From Nocardioides sp. (GTDB taxonomy: Bacteria > Actinomycetota > Actinomycetes > Propionibacteriales > Nocardioidaceae), in the NCBI RefSeq assembly GCF_964229035.1, contig NZ_CAXRAZ010000021.1, positions 6,812-70,811 of the forward strand: 64,000 bases of DNA, read 5' to 3'. A program made the translations under genes and the position numbers. Under the pieces are notes generated by a model. It saw nothing but the letters and a program-made list of their open reading frames with translations. It did no database searches and had not been told where the DNA came from. Positions within the stretch are counted from its first letter, which is position 1. Each line of letters starts with the position of its first letter. Positions 1 through 11,137 of the stretch are shown here, piece after piece.

Positions 1-347
1 CCAACCTCGTCGACTTCAACGAGTACCTCACCTTCTTCAGCCGCACGCTGCTGATGTTCGGCATCGCCTTCGAGATCCCCGTCTTCGTCGTGCTCCTCAA
101 CGCCGCCGGCGTGGTCAAGGGCCGCACGCTCGCGCGCTTCCGGCCGTGGATCATCATCGGGTCCTTCGTCTTCGCCGCCGCCGCGACGCCGTCGACCGAC
201 CCGTTCACCATGACCTTCATGGCCGTGCCGATGGTCGTGCTGTTCTTCGTCTCCGAGATCATCGCCCGCCTCAACGACCGACGTCGGGCGAGCCGGGGCA
301 TCAACGCCGGCCTCTCGCCCGACGAGCCCAGCAAGCTCGACGTCTGA
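1..347 (+). CDS. tatC: Tat translocase subunit TatC, C-terminal fragment (5' end outside window)
   Basis: The frame is open from the window edge (NLVDFNEYLTFFSRTLLMFGIAFEIPVFVVLLN...). It has hydrophobic TatC-like C-terminal helices and sits next to helY, as in mycobacteria. Confidence 0.8.
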   Translation, partial: NLVDFNEYLTFFSRTLLMFGIAFEIPVFVVLLNAAGVVKGRTLARFRPWIIIGSFVFAAAATPSTDPFTMTFMAVPMVVLFFVSEIIARLNDRRRASRGINAGLSPDEPSKLDV

Positions 348-403
348 CGGCGTCGCCGCACCGGTGCGCTGCCGCGCTGGCCAGCACGGCTAGCCTTCAC
401 CCT

Positions 404-1273
404 GTGCCTCGTGCGGTCGTCGTCACCAACCCCGCCTCGGGCAAGGGCCGCGGTCTGCGGGTGGTCGAGGAGGCGTTGCCCCGCCTGCACGGCGCCGGAT
501 GGCGCACGCGGGTCACGACCGGACGCGACGCCGACGAGACCCTCGACCTCGCGCGGCAGGCGGTGGAGGAGGAGCCGGACGCCGTCGTCCTCTGCGGAGG
601 CGACGGGCTGGTGAACCTCGGGCTGCAGGCGGCAGCCGGCACCGAGGTTCCGCTCGGCATCCTCGCGGCCGGCACCGGCAACGACCTCGCCCGCGCGCTC
701 GGTCTGCCGCTGCGCGACGGAGCGGCAGCGGCCGGCCGCATCGTCGGCGGACGCACCCGCCGCATCGACCTCGGCCGCGTGGGCGAGCGCTACTTCGGCG
801 GAGTGCTGGCCGCGGGCTTCGACGCCGTGGTCAACGAGCGGGCGAACGCCATGCGTCGTCCGCGCGGGCAGAGCCGGTACGCACTGGCCACGCTGGCCGA
901 GCTGCGCACCTTCACGCCCCTCGACTACGTGCTCGAGCTCGACGGTGCGACCAAGCACGTGCGGGCGATGCTCGTGGCGGTCGGCAACGGTCCCTGCTTC
1001 GGCGGTGGCATGCGCATCGCCGAGGGCGCCCTCATGGACGACGGCCTGCTCGACGTGGTGCTCATCGGGCCGGTCGGCAGGATGGAGCTCGTGAGGACGT
1101 TCCCGAAGCTCTACTCCGGCCGCCACGTCGACCACCCGCAGTACGAGCGCCACCGCGTGCACCGCGTCACCATCGCGAGCACCGGCATCGTCGGCTACGC
1201 CGACGGCGAGCGGTGGGGGCGCCTGCCGCTCACGGTCGAGATCGCCCCGCGCGCGGTGTCGGTGATCGCGTGA
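404..1273 (+). CDS. diacylglycerol/lipid kinase family protein (DAGK_cat, YegS-like)
   Basis: The conserved part begins VVVTNPASGKGRG and carries GGDGLVN and GTGNDLARALG motifs. I chose the in-frame GTG at 404. The upstream part of tracked ORF 146..1273 looks non-coding. Confidence 0.8.
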   Translation: MPRAVVVTNPASGKGRGLRVVEEALPRLHGAGWRTRVTTGRDADETLDLARQAVEEEPDAVVLCGGDGLVNLGLQAAAGTEVPLGILAAGTGNDLARALGLPLRDGAAAAGRIVGGRTRRIDLGRVGERYFGGVLAAGFDAVVNERANAMRRPRGQSRYALATLAELRTFTPLDYVLELDGATKHVRAMLVAVGNGPCFGGGMRIAEGALMDDGLLDVVLIGPVGRMELVRTFPKLYSGRHVDHPQYERHRVHRVTIASTGIVGYADGERWGRLPLTVEIAPRAVSVIA

Positions 1274-4083
1274 GCACCCGCGGGCACGACCCGGCCGACG
1301 GCGAGGACCTCAGCCCCGCCCAGCGCTACGCGGCCTTCAAGCGCAACCGCTCCCACCCGGTGTTCCACGACTTCCGCACCGGCTACCCGTTCGGCCTCGA
1401 CGACTTCCAGGTGGAGGCGTGCAAGGCCGTCGAGAACGGCGACGGCGTGCTCGTCGCGGCGCCCACCGGTGCCGGCAAGACGGTGGTCGGCGAGTTCGCG
1501 GTGCACCTGGCCCTGCAGACCGATCGCAAGTGCTTCTACACCACGCCGATCAAGGCGCTGTCGAACCAGAAGTACGCCGACCTCGTGGCCCGCTACGGCC
1601 CCGATCAGGTCGGCCTCCTCACCGGTGACACCACGGTCAACGGCGAGGCGCCGATCGTGGTGATGACCACCGAGGTGCTGCGCAACATGCTCTACGCGCG
1701 CTCGCGCACCCTCGTGGGCCTCGGCTTCGTGGTGATGGACGAGGTGCACTACCTCGCCGACCGGTCACGCGGCGCGGTGTGGGAGGAGGTCATCATCCAC
1801 CTGCCCGAGTCGGTGTCGGTGATCTCGCTGTCGGCCACGGTGTCGAACGCCGAGGAGTTCGGCGAGTGGCTCGAGACCGTGCGCGGCTCCACCCGCACGA
1901 TCGTGGCGGAGCGTCGTCCGGTGCCGCTGTTCCAGCACGTCATGGCAGGACGACGCCTCCTCGACCTCTTCGCCGACTCCGACGTCGACGCCTCGGCCGG
2001 CTTCGTGCGCGAGGGCGCGCCCGTGAACGACGAGCTGATGAAGCTCGCCCGCGACGACTGGGCCGCCAGCCGCCTCAAGGACCGCCGCACCCCGAAGGGG
2101 GCCCGCGGACGCCAGGGCGGGCCGGGCAGCCGCAACGTCGGCAGCGGCCGTCGCATCTGGATCCCCGGTCGCATCGACGTGATCGAGCGCCTGCAGCGCG
2201 ACAACCTGCTGCCGGCGATCGACTTCATCTTCAGCCGCGCCGGTTGCGACGCTGCCGTGAAGCAGTGCCTCGACGCGAACCTGCGCCTCACCTCGCCCGA
2301 GGAACGCGATGCGGCGATCGAGTTCGTCGAACGCTCGCTGGGCGGCCTGCCCTCGGCCGACCTCAACGTGCTCGGCTACCACGACTTCCTCGACGCCGCC
2401 TCGCGCGGCATCGCCGCCCACCACGCCGGCATGCTGCCGGCATTCAAGGAGTGCGTCGAGGAGCTCTACCTCCGCGGGCTCATCAAGATCGTCTTCGCCA
2501 CCGAGACCCTCGCGCTCGGCATCAACATGCCGGCGCGCACCGTGGTGCTGGAGAAGCTGACGAAGTGGAACGGCGAGACCCACGCCGACATCACGCCGGG
2601 GGAGTACACCCAGCTCACCGGCCGTGCCGGACGCCGCGGCCTCGACATCGAGGGTCACGCGGTGGTGCTGTGGCAGCCGGGGATGAACCCGCGCGAGCTC
2701 GCGGGCCTGGCCTCGACGCGCACCTACCCGCTCCGCTCCTCCTTCCGGCCGTCGTACAACATGGCCGTCAACCTGGTCGACGCCTTCGGCCGCGCCCGGG
2801 CCCGCGAGCTGCTCGAGCAGTCGTTCGCCCAGTTCCAGGCCGACCGCGCCGTCGTCGGCCTGGCCCGCCAGCTGCGCAAGGCCGAGGACGCCCTGGCCGG
2901 CTACGCCGACGCCGCGCAGTGCCACCTCGGCGACTTCATGGAGTACGCCGACCTCCGTCGGCGCATCAGCGACCTCGAGAAGGAGGCCAGCCGCACCCGT
3001 CGGCAGGACCGCCGCGACGAGGCCGGCGCCTCGCTGGAGAAGCTGAAGCCGGGTGACGTGATCGTCGTGCCGGTGGGCAAGTTCGCCGGGCCGGCCGTCG
3101 TCCTCGAACCGGGGCTGTCGGAGCAGGGGCCGCACGCCCACCGCCCGCTGGTGATCACCGCCGAGCGTCAGGGCCGCCGTCTGGCGATGATGGACTTCCC
3201 GACGCCGGTCGAGCCGGTGGCCCGCATCCGGCTGCCGCGCAAGGTCGACGCCCGCAACCCGCACCAGCGCAAGGACATCGCCCAGGCGGTGCGCGAGGCG
3301 GTGCGCGAGCTGCCCGCCTCGGTCGTGCGCCCCCGCGCCGAGCGGGCGCCGATGGACTCCGGCGTGGCGCAGGAGATCGCGACCCTGCGCCAGCAGATGC
3401 GCGAGCACCCCTGCCACGGCTGCTCCGACCGCGAGGACCACGCCCGCTGGGCCGAACGGCACGCCAAGCTCAAGCGCGACGCCGACACCCTCGCCCAGCG
3501 CATCGAGCGGCGCACCAACACCGTGGCCCGCACCTTCGACCGCGTCTGCGACGTGCTCACGGCCCTGGAGTACGTCGACGGCGACGAGGTCACCCCGCGT
3601 GGTCGAAGCCTGATGCGCATCTACTCCGAGCTCGACTTGGTGGCCGCCGAGTCGCTGCGCGAAGGGCTGTGGGACGACCTGTCCCCGGCGCAGCTGGGCG
3701 CGGTGCTGTCCTGCCTCGTCTACGAGGCGCGCCGGCCCGAGGACTCCCCACCCAACGTGCCGGGGGGCGCCATCGCCGTCACCATCGACGCCATGACCAG
3801 GCTCTGGGGCAGTCTCGAGCGACTCGAGCGCGAGAACCGTCTCGACTTCCTGCGGCGCCCCGACCCGGGGTTCGCCTGGACGGCCTACCGCTGGGCCGAG
3901 GGCCAGGACCTCGACGAGATCATCACCCGCAACGACCAGACCGCGGGCGACTTCGTGCGCCAGATGAAGCAGCTCATCGACTTCGCGGGGCAGGTGGCCG
4001 ACGCGGCGGGCGGCAGCCCGGTGCGTACCACCGCCCGCCAGCTCGTCGGGCTGTTGCGCCGCGGCATCGTCGCCGGCAGCTGA
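1270..4083 (+). CDS. helY: Ski2-like DEAD/DEAH-box helicase HelY
   Basis: The GTG at 1270 overlaps the upstream stop (GTGA). Motifs present are Walker A AAPTGAGKT, the DEVH box (VVMDEVHYL) and SAT (SLSATV), and the protein is long like Ski2 helicases. The first 257 aa of tracked ORF 499..4083 are an off-frame shadow of the kinase gene. Confidence 0.9.
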   Translation: MSTRGHDPADGEDLSPAQRYAAFKRNRSHPVFHDFRTGYPFGLDDFQVEACKAVENGDGVLVAAPTGAGKTVVGEFAVHLALQTDRKCFYTTPIKALSNQKYADLVARYGPDQVGLLTGDTTVNGEAPIVVMTTEVLRNMLYARSRTLVGLGFVVMDEVHYLADRSRGAVWEEVIIHLPESVSVISLSATVSNAEEFGEWLETVRGSTRTIVAERRPVPLFQHVMAGRRLLDLFADSDVDASAGFVREGAPVNDELMKLARDDWAASRLKDRRTPKGARGRQGGPGSRNVGSGRRIWIPGRIDVIERLQRDNLLPAIDFIFSRAGCDAAVKQCLDANLRLTSPEERDAAIEFVERSLGGLPSADLNVLGYHDFLDAASRGIAAHHAGMLPAFKECVEELYLRGLIKIVFATETLALGINMPARTVVLEKLTKWNGETHADITPGEYTQLTGRAGRRGLDIEGHAVVLWQPGMNPRELAGLASTRTYPLRSSFRPSYNMAVNLVDAFGRARARELLEQSFAQFQADRAVVGLARQLRKAEDALAGYADAAQCHLGDFMEYADLRRRISDLEKEASRTRRQDRRDEAGASLEKLKPGDVIVVPVGKFAGPAVVLEPGLSEQGPHAHRPLVITAERQGRRLAMMDFPTPVEPVARIRLPRKVDARNPHQRKDIAQAVREAVRELPASVVRPRAERAPMDSGVAQEIATLRQQMREHPCHGCSDREDHARWAERHAKLKRDADTLAQRIERRTNTVARTFDRVCDVLTALEYVDGDEVTPRGRSLMRIYSELDLVAAESLREGLWDDLSPAQLGAVLSCLVYEARRPEDSPPNVPGGAIAVTIDAMTRLWGSLERLERENRLDFLRRPDPGFAWTAYRWAEGQDLDEIITRNDQTAGDFVRQMKQLIDFAGQVADAAGGSPVRTTARQLVGLLRRGIVAGS

Positions 4084-4086
4084 GCC

Positions 4087-4494
4087 TCAGCGGGGTTCGG
4101 CGTCCTCGAGCGCGCCGTCCACCGCTCCGAGGACGACGAGCGCCTCACGCTCGGCCGCCCGCAACCGCTCCGCGTAGGCACGCCCGTGCGGCGCGAGGGC
4201 GAGCACGGAGCGACGCCGGTCGACCGGGTCGATCCGGCGCACCACGATGCCGCGCTCGACGAGCCGGTCCATGTGGCGGGTGAGCGAGGCGGCCGGAACG
4301 ACGGCGGCGATCGCGATCTCGCTCATGCCCAGACCCGGCTCGTCGTCGATGACGGCGATGATGCGCCAGTGGTCCATGGCCAGGTCGTGCTCGGCCAGGA
4401 TCGGCTCGAGCGCCGCGCGCAGGGCGGCCTCGAGGCGCCGCACGCGCACCGCGGCGCTGCTGGCGCCCGGGGCTGGGGAGGGCTGCTCGATCAC
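4087..4494 (-). CDS. MarR family transcriptional regulator
   Basis: 135 aa with a winged-helix core (LGMSEIAIAAVVPAASLTRHMDRLVERGIVVRRIDPVDRRRSVLAL). Confidence 0.8.
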   Translation of the reverse strand: MIEQPSPAPGASSAAVRVRRLEAALRAALEPILAEHDLAMDHWRIIAVIDDEPGLGMSEIAIAAVVPAASLTRHMDRLVERGIVVRRIDPVDRRRSVLALAPHGRAYAERLRAAEREALVVLGAVDGALEDAEPR

Positions 4495-4544
4495 GTGGGC
4501 TCCTGGTCGCGGTGGCGGCCGTGTGGCGTTGAGAAGGTCACATC

Positions 4545-4561
4545 GTGGCCGTCACGGCCAC
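4545..4561. promoter_or_regulatory. 17-bp perfect palindrome GTGGCCGT-C-ACGGCCAC in the marR/amiC-like divergent spacer (candidate MarR operator)
   Basis: Read directly from the sequence. It lies between divergent starts at 4494 and about 4629. Confidence 0.35.
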
Positions 4562-4628
4562 GCGCTGGCATCGGCGCCCTTATCGTAGGGCGCACCGCGA
4601 AACCCCCACGGTTGATCGAGCGCCCGCA

Positions 4629-5747
4629 ATGTCGCCGGCCCACGCCAGCCGACGCGCGTGCGGAGGCCTGGTGAGCAGTCGAGCCGAGTCCGACGTCCTG
4701 TCGGTGGCCTTCGTCGTCCCGCTGCAGGGGCCGACCGGGCTCTACGGTCCCTCCTGCCTGGCGTGCGGCGAGCTCGCCGTCGAGCAGCTCAACTCCGGCC
4801 GGGGCATCGCCGGACGGCAGGTGCGGCTCGAGGTGGTGGACGCCGGCCGCGACCCCGAGACGGTCGCCCACGACGTCGCGCGGCTCGTCGAGGCGGGCCG
4901 AGTGGAGGCGGTGGCCGGCTGGCACATCTCCGCCGTGCGCAAGGCGATCACTCGTAGGGTCGGCGGGCGCGTGGTCTATGCCTTCTCGGCCATGCACGAG
5001 GGCAGCGACGACACCCCCGGCCTGTTCATGATCGGGGAGCGCCCGATCAACCAACTGCTGCCGGCCGCGCACTGGATGCGCGAGGAGCTCGGCGTCGGCC
5101 GCTGGGCGATCCTGGGCAACGACTACGTGTTCCCACGCGTCACCGGTGCCACGGCCCGCCTGGCACTGCAGGGCACCGCCTCGCAGGTCGTGAGCGAGAC
5201 CTACGTGCCCCTCGGCACGAGCGACTTCGCCGGCGTGATCGCCGAGCTCGAGCGCAGCCCGGTCGACGGCGTGATCATGCTGCTGATGGGCCAGGACGCC
5301 GTGCACTTCAACCGGCAGTTCGCCCGCGCCGGCCTGACCGCACAGCTGCCGCGGCTGAGCCCGGCCGTGGAGGAGAACACCCTCCTGGCCGCGGGTGCAG
5401 CCGCCAACGACCGGCTCTACGCCGCCGCCGCCTACTTCGACGACCTCGGCACGGTGGAGAGCTCGCAGCTCGCCCGCGACTACTACGCCCGCTGGGGCCG
5501 CTGGGCACCGGCGCTCAACGCGGTCGGCGAGTCCTGCTACGAGGCGATCTGGTTCCTGGCCCGCCTCGGTGAGACGTGCGGCGAGATCAGCGTCGCCGCC
5601 GCCGCCACGTTGCCGGACGGCCACTTCTACTCCAGCCCGCGCGGGCTGGTGCGCCTGGCGGGCAACCTGCTCGACCAGGACGTCTACCTCGCGCGCGCCG
5701 ACGGCCTGGAGTTCCGTGTCGAGCAGCAGATCGCCCGCGCGCACTGA
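4629..5747 (+). CDS. AmiC/UrtA-family (type-1 periplasmic-binding-fold) ligand-binding protein without signal peptide
   Basis: It resembles Pseudomonas AmiC along its length (AVEQLNSGRGIAGR; GNDYVFPRVTG versus GSDYIYPRESN; YVPLGTSDF). No signal or lipobox is present. The start is uncertain, with in-frame candidates at 4545, 4629 and 4671. Confidence 0.7.
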   Translation: MSPAHASRRACGGLVSSRAESDVLSVAFVVPLQGPTGLYGPSCLACGELAVEQLNSGRGIAGRQVRLEVVDAGRDPETVAHDVARLVEAGRVEAVAGWHISAVRKAITRRVGGRVVYAFSAMHEGSDDTPGLFMIGERPINQLLPAAHWMREELGVGRWAILGNDYVFPRVTGATARLALQGTASQVVSETYVPLGTSDFAGVIAELERSPVDGVIMLLMGQDAVHFNRQFARAGLTAQLPRLSPAVEENTLLAAGAAANDRLYAAAAYFDDLGTVESSQLARDYYARWGRWAPALNAVGESCYEAIWFLARLGETCGEISVAAAATLPDGHFYSSPRGLVRLAGNLLDQDVYLARADGLEFRVEQQIARAH

Positions 5748-5752
5748 CGCGG

Positions 5753-6577
5753 TCACGGTCGCCCCGCTCCCGACCCGGCGAGCGGATGCGGCTCCAGCCG
5801 GCCGTCGACCCCACCGACCGCCTCGACGACGAGGCGCCACGGCTCGGGAAGGGCCGCCGCGTGCGCCTCCTGGCCCAGACGCCGCCACAGGGTCCAGCCC
5901 TGCACGTCGAGCTCGAGCCGGTCGGGGTCGCCAGCCCCACCGGTCTCCGTCTCGTCGACCGCCACCGCCACGGCGCCGGCCAGCACGGAGGTGAGCACAC
6001 GGTGGCCGCCGAGCACGAGCGGGGCCGAGGCGGCGTCGAGGACCAGGTCCTCCACGAGGACGGGGCCGTCGTCGTCCACGACCCGGGTGTGCTGGCGCAG
6101 CCTGCCCGGACCCTCGCCGAACCGGCCGAGCACCAGAGTCTCGCGCATCGCCACGCGCGCTCCGAGGCCGCACTGCACGCTGATGTCGCGCTCCACCTCC
6201 GCGCCGGCGGCGACCACGAAGGGCTCACCCGCCCAGGTGAGCACCGCTCCTGCCTCGAGGACGACGCGCACGTCCCACCGCGCCCGCGCGCCGCGCATGT
6301 CGAAGGCCACCGTGCCGGCGGGCTCGATCAGGTCGAGGCGCAGCCCCGCGCCGACGTGCACGTCGACCTCGATCGCGTCGCCCGCCAGCAGCAGCGCGCC
6401 GTCGGGCAGGAGAGCCAGTCGCGCGGCGTCGGCGGTGTGCTCGAGCACCATCGCGCGCAGCACGGTGGCGGTGGGATCGCTGCGCACGAGCGTCGTGCGC
6501 ACGCCGCAGCGGGCCGCGCCGTCGGGGGGATCGAGGCGGATCTCCGTGCGCCCGAGGCGCTCCGGCTGCGGGCTCAC
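5753..6577 (-). CDS. ureD: urease accessory protein UreD/UreH
   Basis: The GTG at 6577 overlaps the ureG stop (GTGA). It is the last gene of the ure cluster, and the 274-aa protein is UreD-like ([24 protein letters not shown]...). Confidence 0.8.
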   Translation of the reverse strand: MSPQPERLGRTEIRLDPPDGAARCGVRTTLVRSDPTATVLRAMVLEHTADAARLALLPDGALLLAGDAIEVDVHVGAGLRLDLIEPAGTVAFDMRGARARWDVRVVLEAGAVLTWAGEPFVVAAGAEVERDISVQCGLGARVAMRETLVLGRFGEGPGRLRQHTRVVDDDGPVLVEDLVLDAASAPLVLGGHRVLTSVLAGAVAVAVDETETGGAGDPDRLELDVQGWTLWRRLGQEAHAAALPEPWRLVVEAVGGVDGRLEPHPLAGSGAGRP

Positions 6578-7323
6578 GCGTGCTCGTGCTCGTGCTCGTG
6601 CGGGTGGTCGTGCTCGTGCGCGTGCGAGTGGCGTGCCATCGGCCCGGGGTCGACCGGCACCAGCGCGCCGGCGCGGTGGGTGGCGAGCACCTCGCGCACC
6701 CAGGCGAGCAGCAGGTCGATGCTGGTCCGGTCGTGGCGCGAGAGTGCGATCACCGGGCGCCCACCGCGGGCTGAGGCGGCCTCGGTGCGCATGAGCGCGG
6801 CGTCCACCCCCACGTGCGGGGCGAGATCGGTCTTGTTGACCACGAGCAGGTCGGCGCGCTCGATCCCCGGGCCGCCCTTGCGGGCCACGTCGCCGCCGCC
6901 AGCCACGTCGAGCACGAAGATCTGGGCGTCGACGAGGGCGGGGGAGAAGGTCGCGGTGAGGTTGTCGCCGCCCGACTCGAGGAGCACGGCGTCGAGGTCG
7001 GGGTAGTCCTCCTCGAGGGTCTCGACCTCGAGGAGGTTGGCGCTGATGTCGTCGCGGATCGCGGTGTGGGGGCACGCGCCCGTCTCCACGGCCCTGATCC
7101 GATCGGCGTCCAGCACGCCGGCCGAGCGGAGGAAGCGGGCGTCCTCGTCGGTGTAGATGTCGTTGGTGACCACGGCCAGCTGCAGCTCGGCCGACAGCTC
7201 GCGGCACAGCAGGGCGATGAGCGAGCTCTTGCCCGTGCCGACGGGGCCGCAGACGCCGAGGCGCAGCGGCCGCCCAGGGGCGGAGGTGTGGTCGCCGGTC
7301 GGGGACGTGGTGGGGTCAGGCAC
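6574..7323 (-). CDS. ureG: urease accessory GTPase UreG with C-terminal His-rich extension
   Basis: P-loop [16 protein letters not shown] and the NKTDL G4 motif are present. The C-terminus reads [18 protein letters not shown]. Confidence 0.9.
   Translation of the reverse strand: MPDPTTSPTGDHTSAPGRPLRLGVCGPVGTGKSSLIALLCRELSAELQLAVVTNDIYTDEDARFLRSAGVLDADRIRAVETGACPHTAIRDDISANLLEVETLEEDYPDLDAVLLESGGDNLTATFSPALVDAQIFVLDVAGGGDVARKGGPGIERADLLVVNKTDLAPHVGVDAALMRTEAASARGGRPVIALSRHDRTSIDLLLAWVREVLATHRAGALVPVDPGPMARHSHAHEHDHPHEHEHEHA
6577..6630 (-). repeat. His/Glu/Asp-rich coding tail of ureG, including a (GTGCTC)x3 hexanucleotide run on the plus strand
   Basis: Plus strand 6585-6602 reads gtgctcgtgctcgtgctc. 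The translation is HEHEHE within an 18-aa tail that contains 9 His. Confidence 0.85.
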
Positions 7324-8017
7324 GGAACAACCTCCTGGTCGTACGGGCGTGGGCCTGTGCCCACACCTCGATCTGCGGCGCTGCGAGCGCGGGGACGTCG
7401 CCGGGCAGCTCGACGTCGACGACGGCGTCGACCACCGCGGCCACCCCGGGGAGCGCGTCCGCCACCCAGCCGGTCACCTCGAGCGGGTCGAGCGGCAGCA
7501 GCTTCAGGGCGGCAGCGCACACGGTCTGCACGTCGTCGTAGGCGACGATCCGGGCGGTCTGGGCGGCGTCCAGGCCGAGGTGGGCCGCCACCGCACCGAG
7601 GACGACGGCCCGCGCGGGCCGCGCCACCCCACCGGCCTCCGGGGCGAGCGGCACGACCGAGGCCGGCCACAGCGAGCCCGCGAGCCGACGCAGGGTGCGT
7701 GCCTGCACGCGCGAGGCCTCCCGCAGCGCGGGGGAGGCGGTGCGGGCCGCCCAGGCCCGCTCGACCGGACGCACCCCCCACCCGTGGACGACGCCCGCCC
7801 GCGCCGCCCCCGCCGTGCCGGCCTCCACGCGGGTCACGCCCAGGAGCCGGGCGCGCACGAAGGTGGCCACGTCGGCGGCACCGAGGCCGGCGAGCACGGC
7901 GCCCTCGAGGGTGTTGGACTGGGTGTGCCCGGCCACCGGCAGGCGCGCGTCGGCGAGGAGCAGCGTGAGCAGCTCCGGTGTCGCGACGCCCTGGGTCTCC
8001 GTGGCGGGGGAGGTCAT
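7316..8017 (-). CDS. ureF: urease accessory protein UreF
   Basis: It lies between ureC and ureG. I chose the ATG at 8017 ([10 protein letters not shown]), 11 nt after the ureC stop. Its stop overlaps the ureG start by 8 nt. Confidence 0.8.
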   Translation of the reverse strand: MTSPATETQGVATPELLTLLLADARLPVAGHTQSNTLEGAVLAGLGAADVATFVRARLLGVTRVEAGTAGAARAGVVHGWGVRPVERAWAARTASPALREASRVQARTLRRLAGSLWPASVVPLAPEAGGVARPARAVVLGAVAAHLGLDAAQTARIVAYDDVQTVCAAALKLLPLDPLEVTGWVADALPGVAAVVDAVVDVELPGDVPALAAPQIEVWAQAHARTTRRLFRA

Positions 8018-8027
8018 GACCGTGCCC

Positions 8028-9726
<1,699 letters not shown>

Positions 9727-9734
<8 letters not shown>

Positions 9735-10065
9735 CGAGCGCGCCCCCGTCGTCCTTGAGCTGGAGGCCGGGGACGACGCGCGCTCCCGCGATCGCGACGA
9801 TGTCGACCTCCTGCGAGGCGCCCGGCTCGAAGCGGCGCGAGGTGCCGGAGGCGATGTCGAGGCGGAACCCGTGCGCCCTCACCCGGTCGAGGTCGAGGGC
9901 GGCGTTGACGTCGGGAAGGTGCACGTGCGAGCCGATCTGCACGGGCCGGTCGCCGGTGTTGGTGACGACGAGCCGAGCGCGCTGCTCGGGCCCGCGGTCG
10001 CCGTTGAGGACGACGGTCCCCGGCGCGGTGCGGGTGGCGCCGGGGCCGTCGGTGCGGATCGCCAC
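9727..10065 (-). CDS. ureB: urease beta subunit
   Basis: [28 protein letters not shown] motif. GTG start, and the stop overlaps the ureC start by 8 nt. Confidence 0.9.
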
Positions 10066-10138
10066 GGGGGCCTCCTGGGAGTCGGGACGAACGGTCGGAA
10101 CAGGGGAGGGGTGGGGCCGAGGTAGGGGGCCGGCGCGC

Positions 10139-10441
10139 TCAGGCGATCGGATGGTGCAGCGTGACGAGCTTGCGCCCGTCGCGGAAGGTCGCCTCGACCT
10201 GGACGTCGGTGAGCATCTCCGCGACCCCGGGCATCACCTGGTCGCGGGTGAGCACGGTGCGTCCGCGCTCCATGAGGTCGACGACACCGGCGCCCGCCCG
10301 TGCCTCCTCGATCACCCAGCAGGAGAGCAGGGCCACCGTCTCGGGGTGGTTGAGGAGCACGCCCCGGGCGAGCCGGTCGCGCGCGACCATGCCGGCGACG
10401 CTGAGCAGCAGCTTCTCCGTGTCGGAGGGGGTCAGGTACAC
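10139..10441 (-). CDS. ureA: urease gamma subunit
   Basis: 100 aa, starting [34 protein letters not shown]. Confidence 0.95.
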   Translation of the reverse strand: MYLTPSDTEKLLLSVAGMVARDRLARGVLLNHPETVALLSCWVIEEARAGAGVVDLMERGRTVLTRDQVMPGVAEMLTDVQVEATFRDGRKLVTLHHPIA

Positions 10442-10456
10442 GAGCGGCCCCCTGCT

Positions 10457-11137
10457 CTAGACGGCCATCGCTGCGCGGACGGCCTCGAGCGCGCCCGCAC
10501 CGCCGTCGCCGCTGGAGGTGATCCGACCCGACTCGATCACGTAGTACGCGTCGGTGCTGCGGAGCGCGAAGCCCACGTGCTGCTCGACGAGGAGCACCGA
10601 GAGGTCGCCTCGCTCGGTCAGGGCGCCGATCACGCTCTCGATCTCAGCCACCACGTTAGGCTGGATGCCCTCGGTCGGCTCGTCGAGGATGAGCATGCGC
10701 GGCTTCGTGAGCAGCGTGCGGGCGATCGCCAACTGCTGGCGCTGGCCGCCCGAGAGCAGGCCGGCGCGTCGTCCGAGCAGGTCGCGCAGCGCGGGGAAGG
10801 TGTCGAGCACGCCGTCGATCTCGCTGCGCACGTTCGAGACGAGTCGCAGGTTCTCCAGCGTCGTCATCTGCGGGAACGACTGCTGCCCCTGGGGCACGTA
10901 GCCGAGGCCGCGGCGCACCCGCGCACTGGGGCGCAGCGCGGTGACGTCCTCACCGTCGAGCAGCACCTGGCCGCTGCGCACCGGGAGCAGCCCCACGGCC
11001 ACCCGCAGGAGCGTGGTCTTGCCCGCCCCGTTGTGGCCCATCAGCGCCACCGCACCGCCCTGGGGAACCTCGACGGTGACGTCGTGGAGCACCACGGTGC
11101 GGCCGTAGCCGGCCGTGACTCCTCGTAGCTCAAGCAT
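10457..11137 (-). CDS. urtE: urea ABC transporter ATP-binding protein UrtE
   Basis: Walker A GHNGAGKTT and signature LSGGQRQ. It is the last of five urt genes and ends 15 nt upstream of ureA. Confidence 0.85.
   Translation of the reverse strand: MLELRGVTAGYGRTVVLHDVTVEVPQGGAVALMGHNGAGKTTLLRVAVGLLPVRSGQVLLDGEDVTALRPSARVRRGLGYVPQGQQSFPQMTTLENLRLVSNVRSEIDGVLDTFPALRDLLGRRAGLLSGGQRQQLAIARTLLTKPRMLILDEPTEGIQPNVVAEIESVIGALTERGDLSVLLVEQHVGFALRSTDAYYVIESGRITSSGDGGAGALEAVRAAMAV

Noticed and set aside
499-1269. 257-aa N-terminal extension of the helicase ORF, and similar long extensions of ORFs 146, 5753, 11130, 20913, 27538, 28227, 29983, 31561, 56899, 58602, 59389 and 59718
   Set aside because: The extensions are Arg/Pro/Gly-rich, overlap better-supported upstream genes in another frame, and end at in-frame starts that form ATGA/GTGA or short overlaps with the upstream stop. 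I used the shorter starts.
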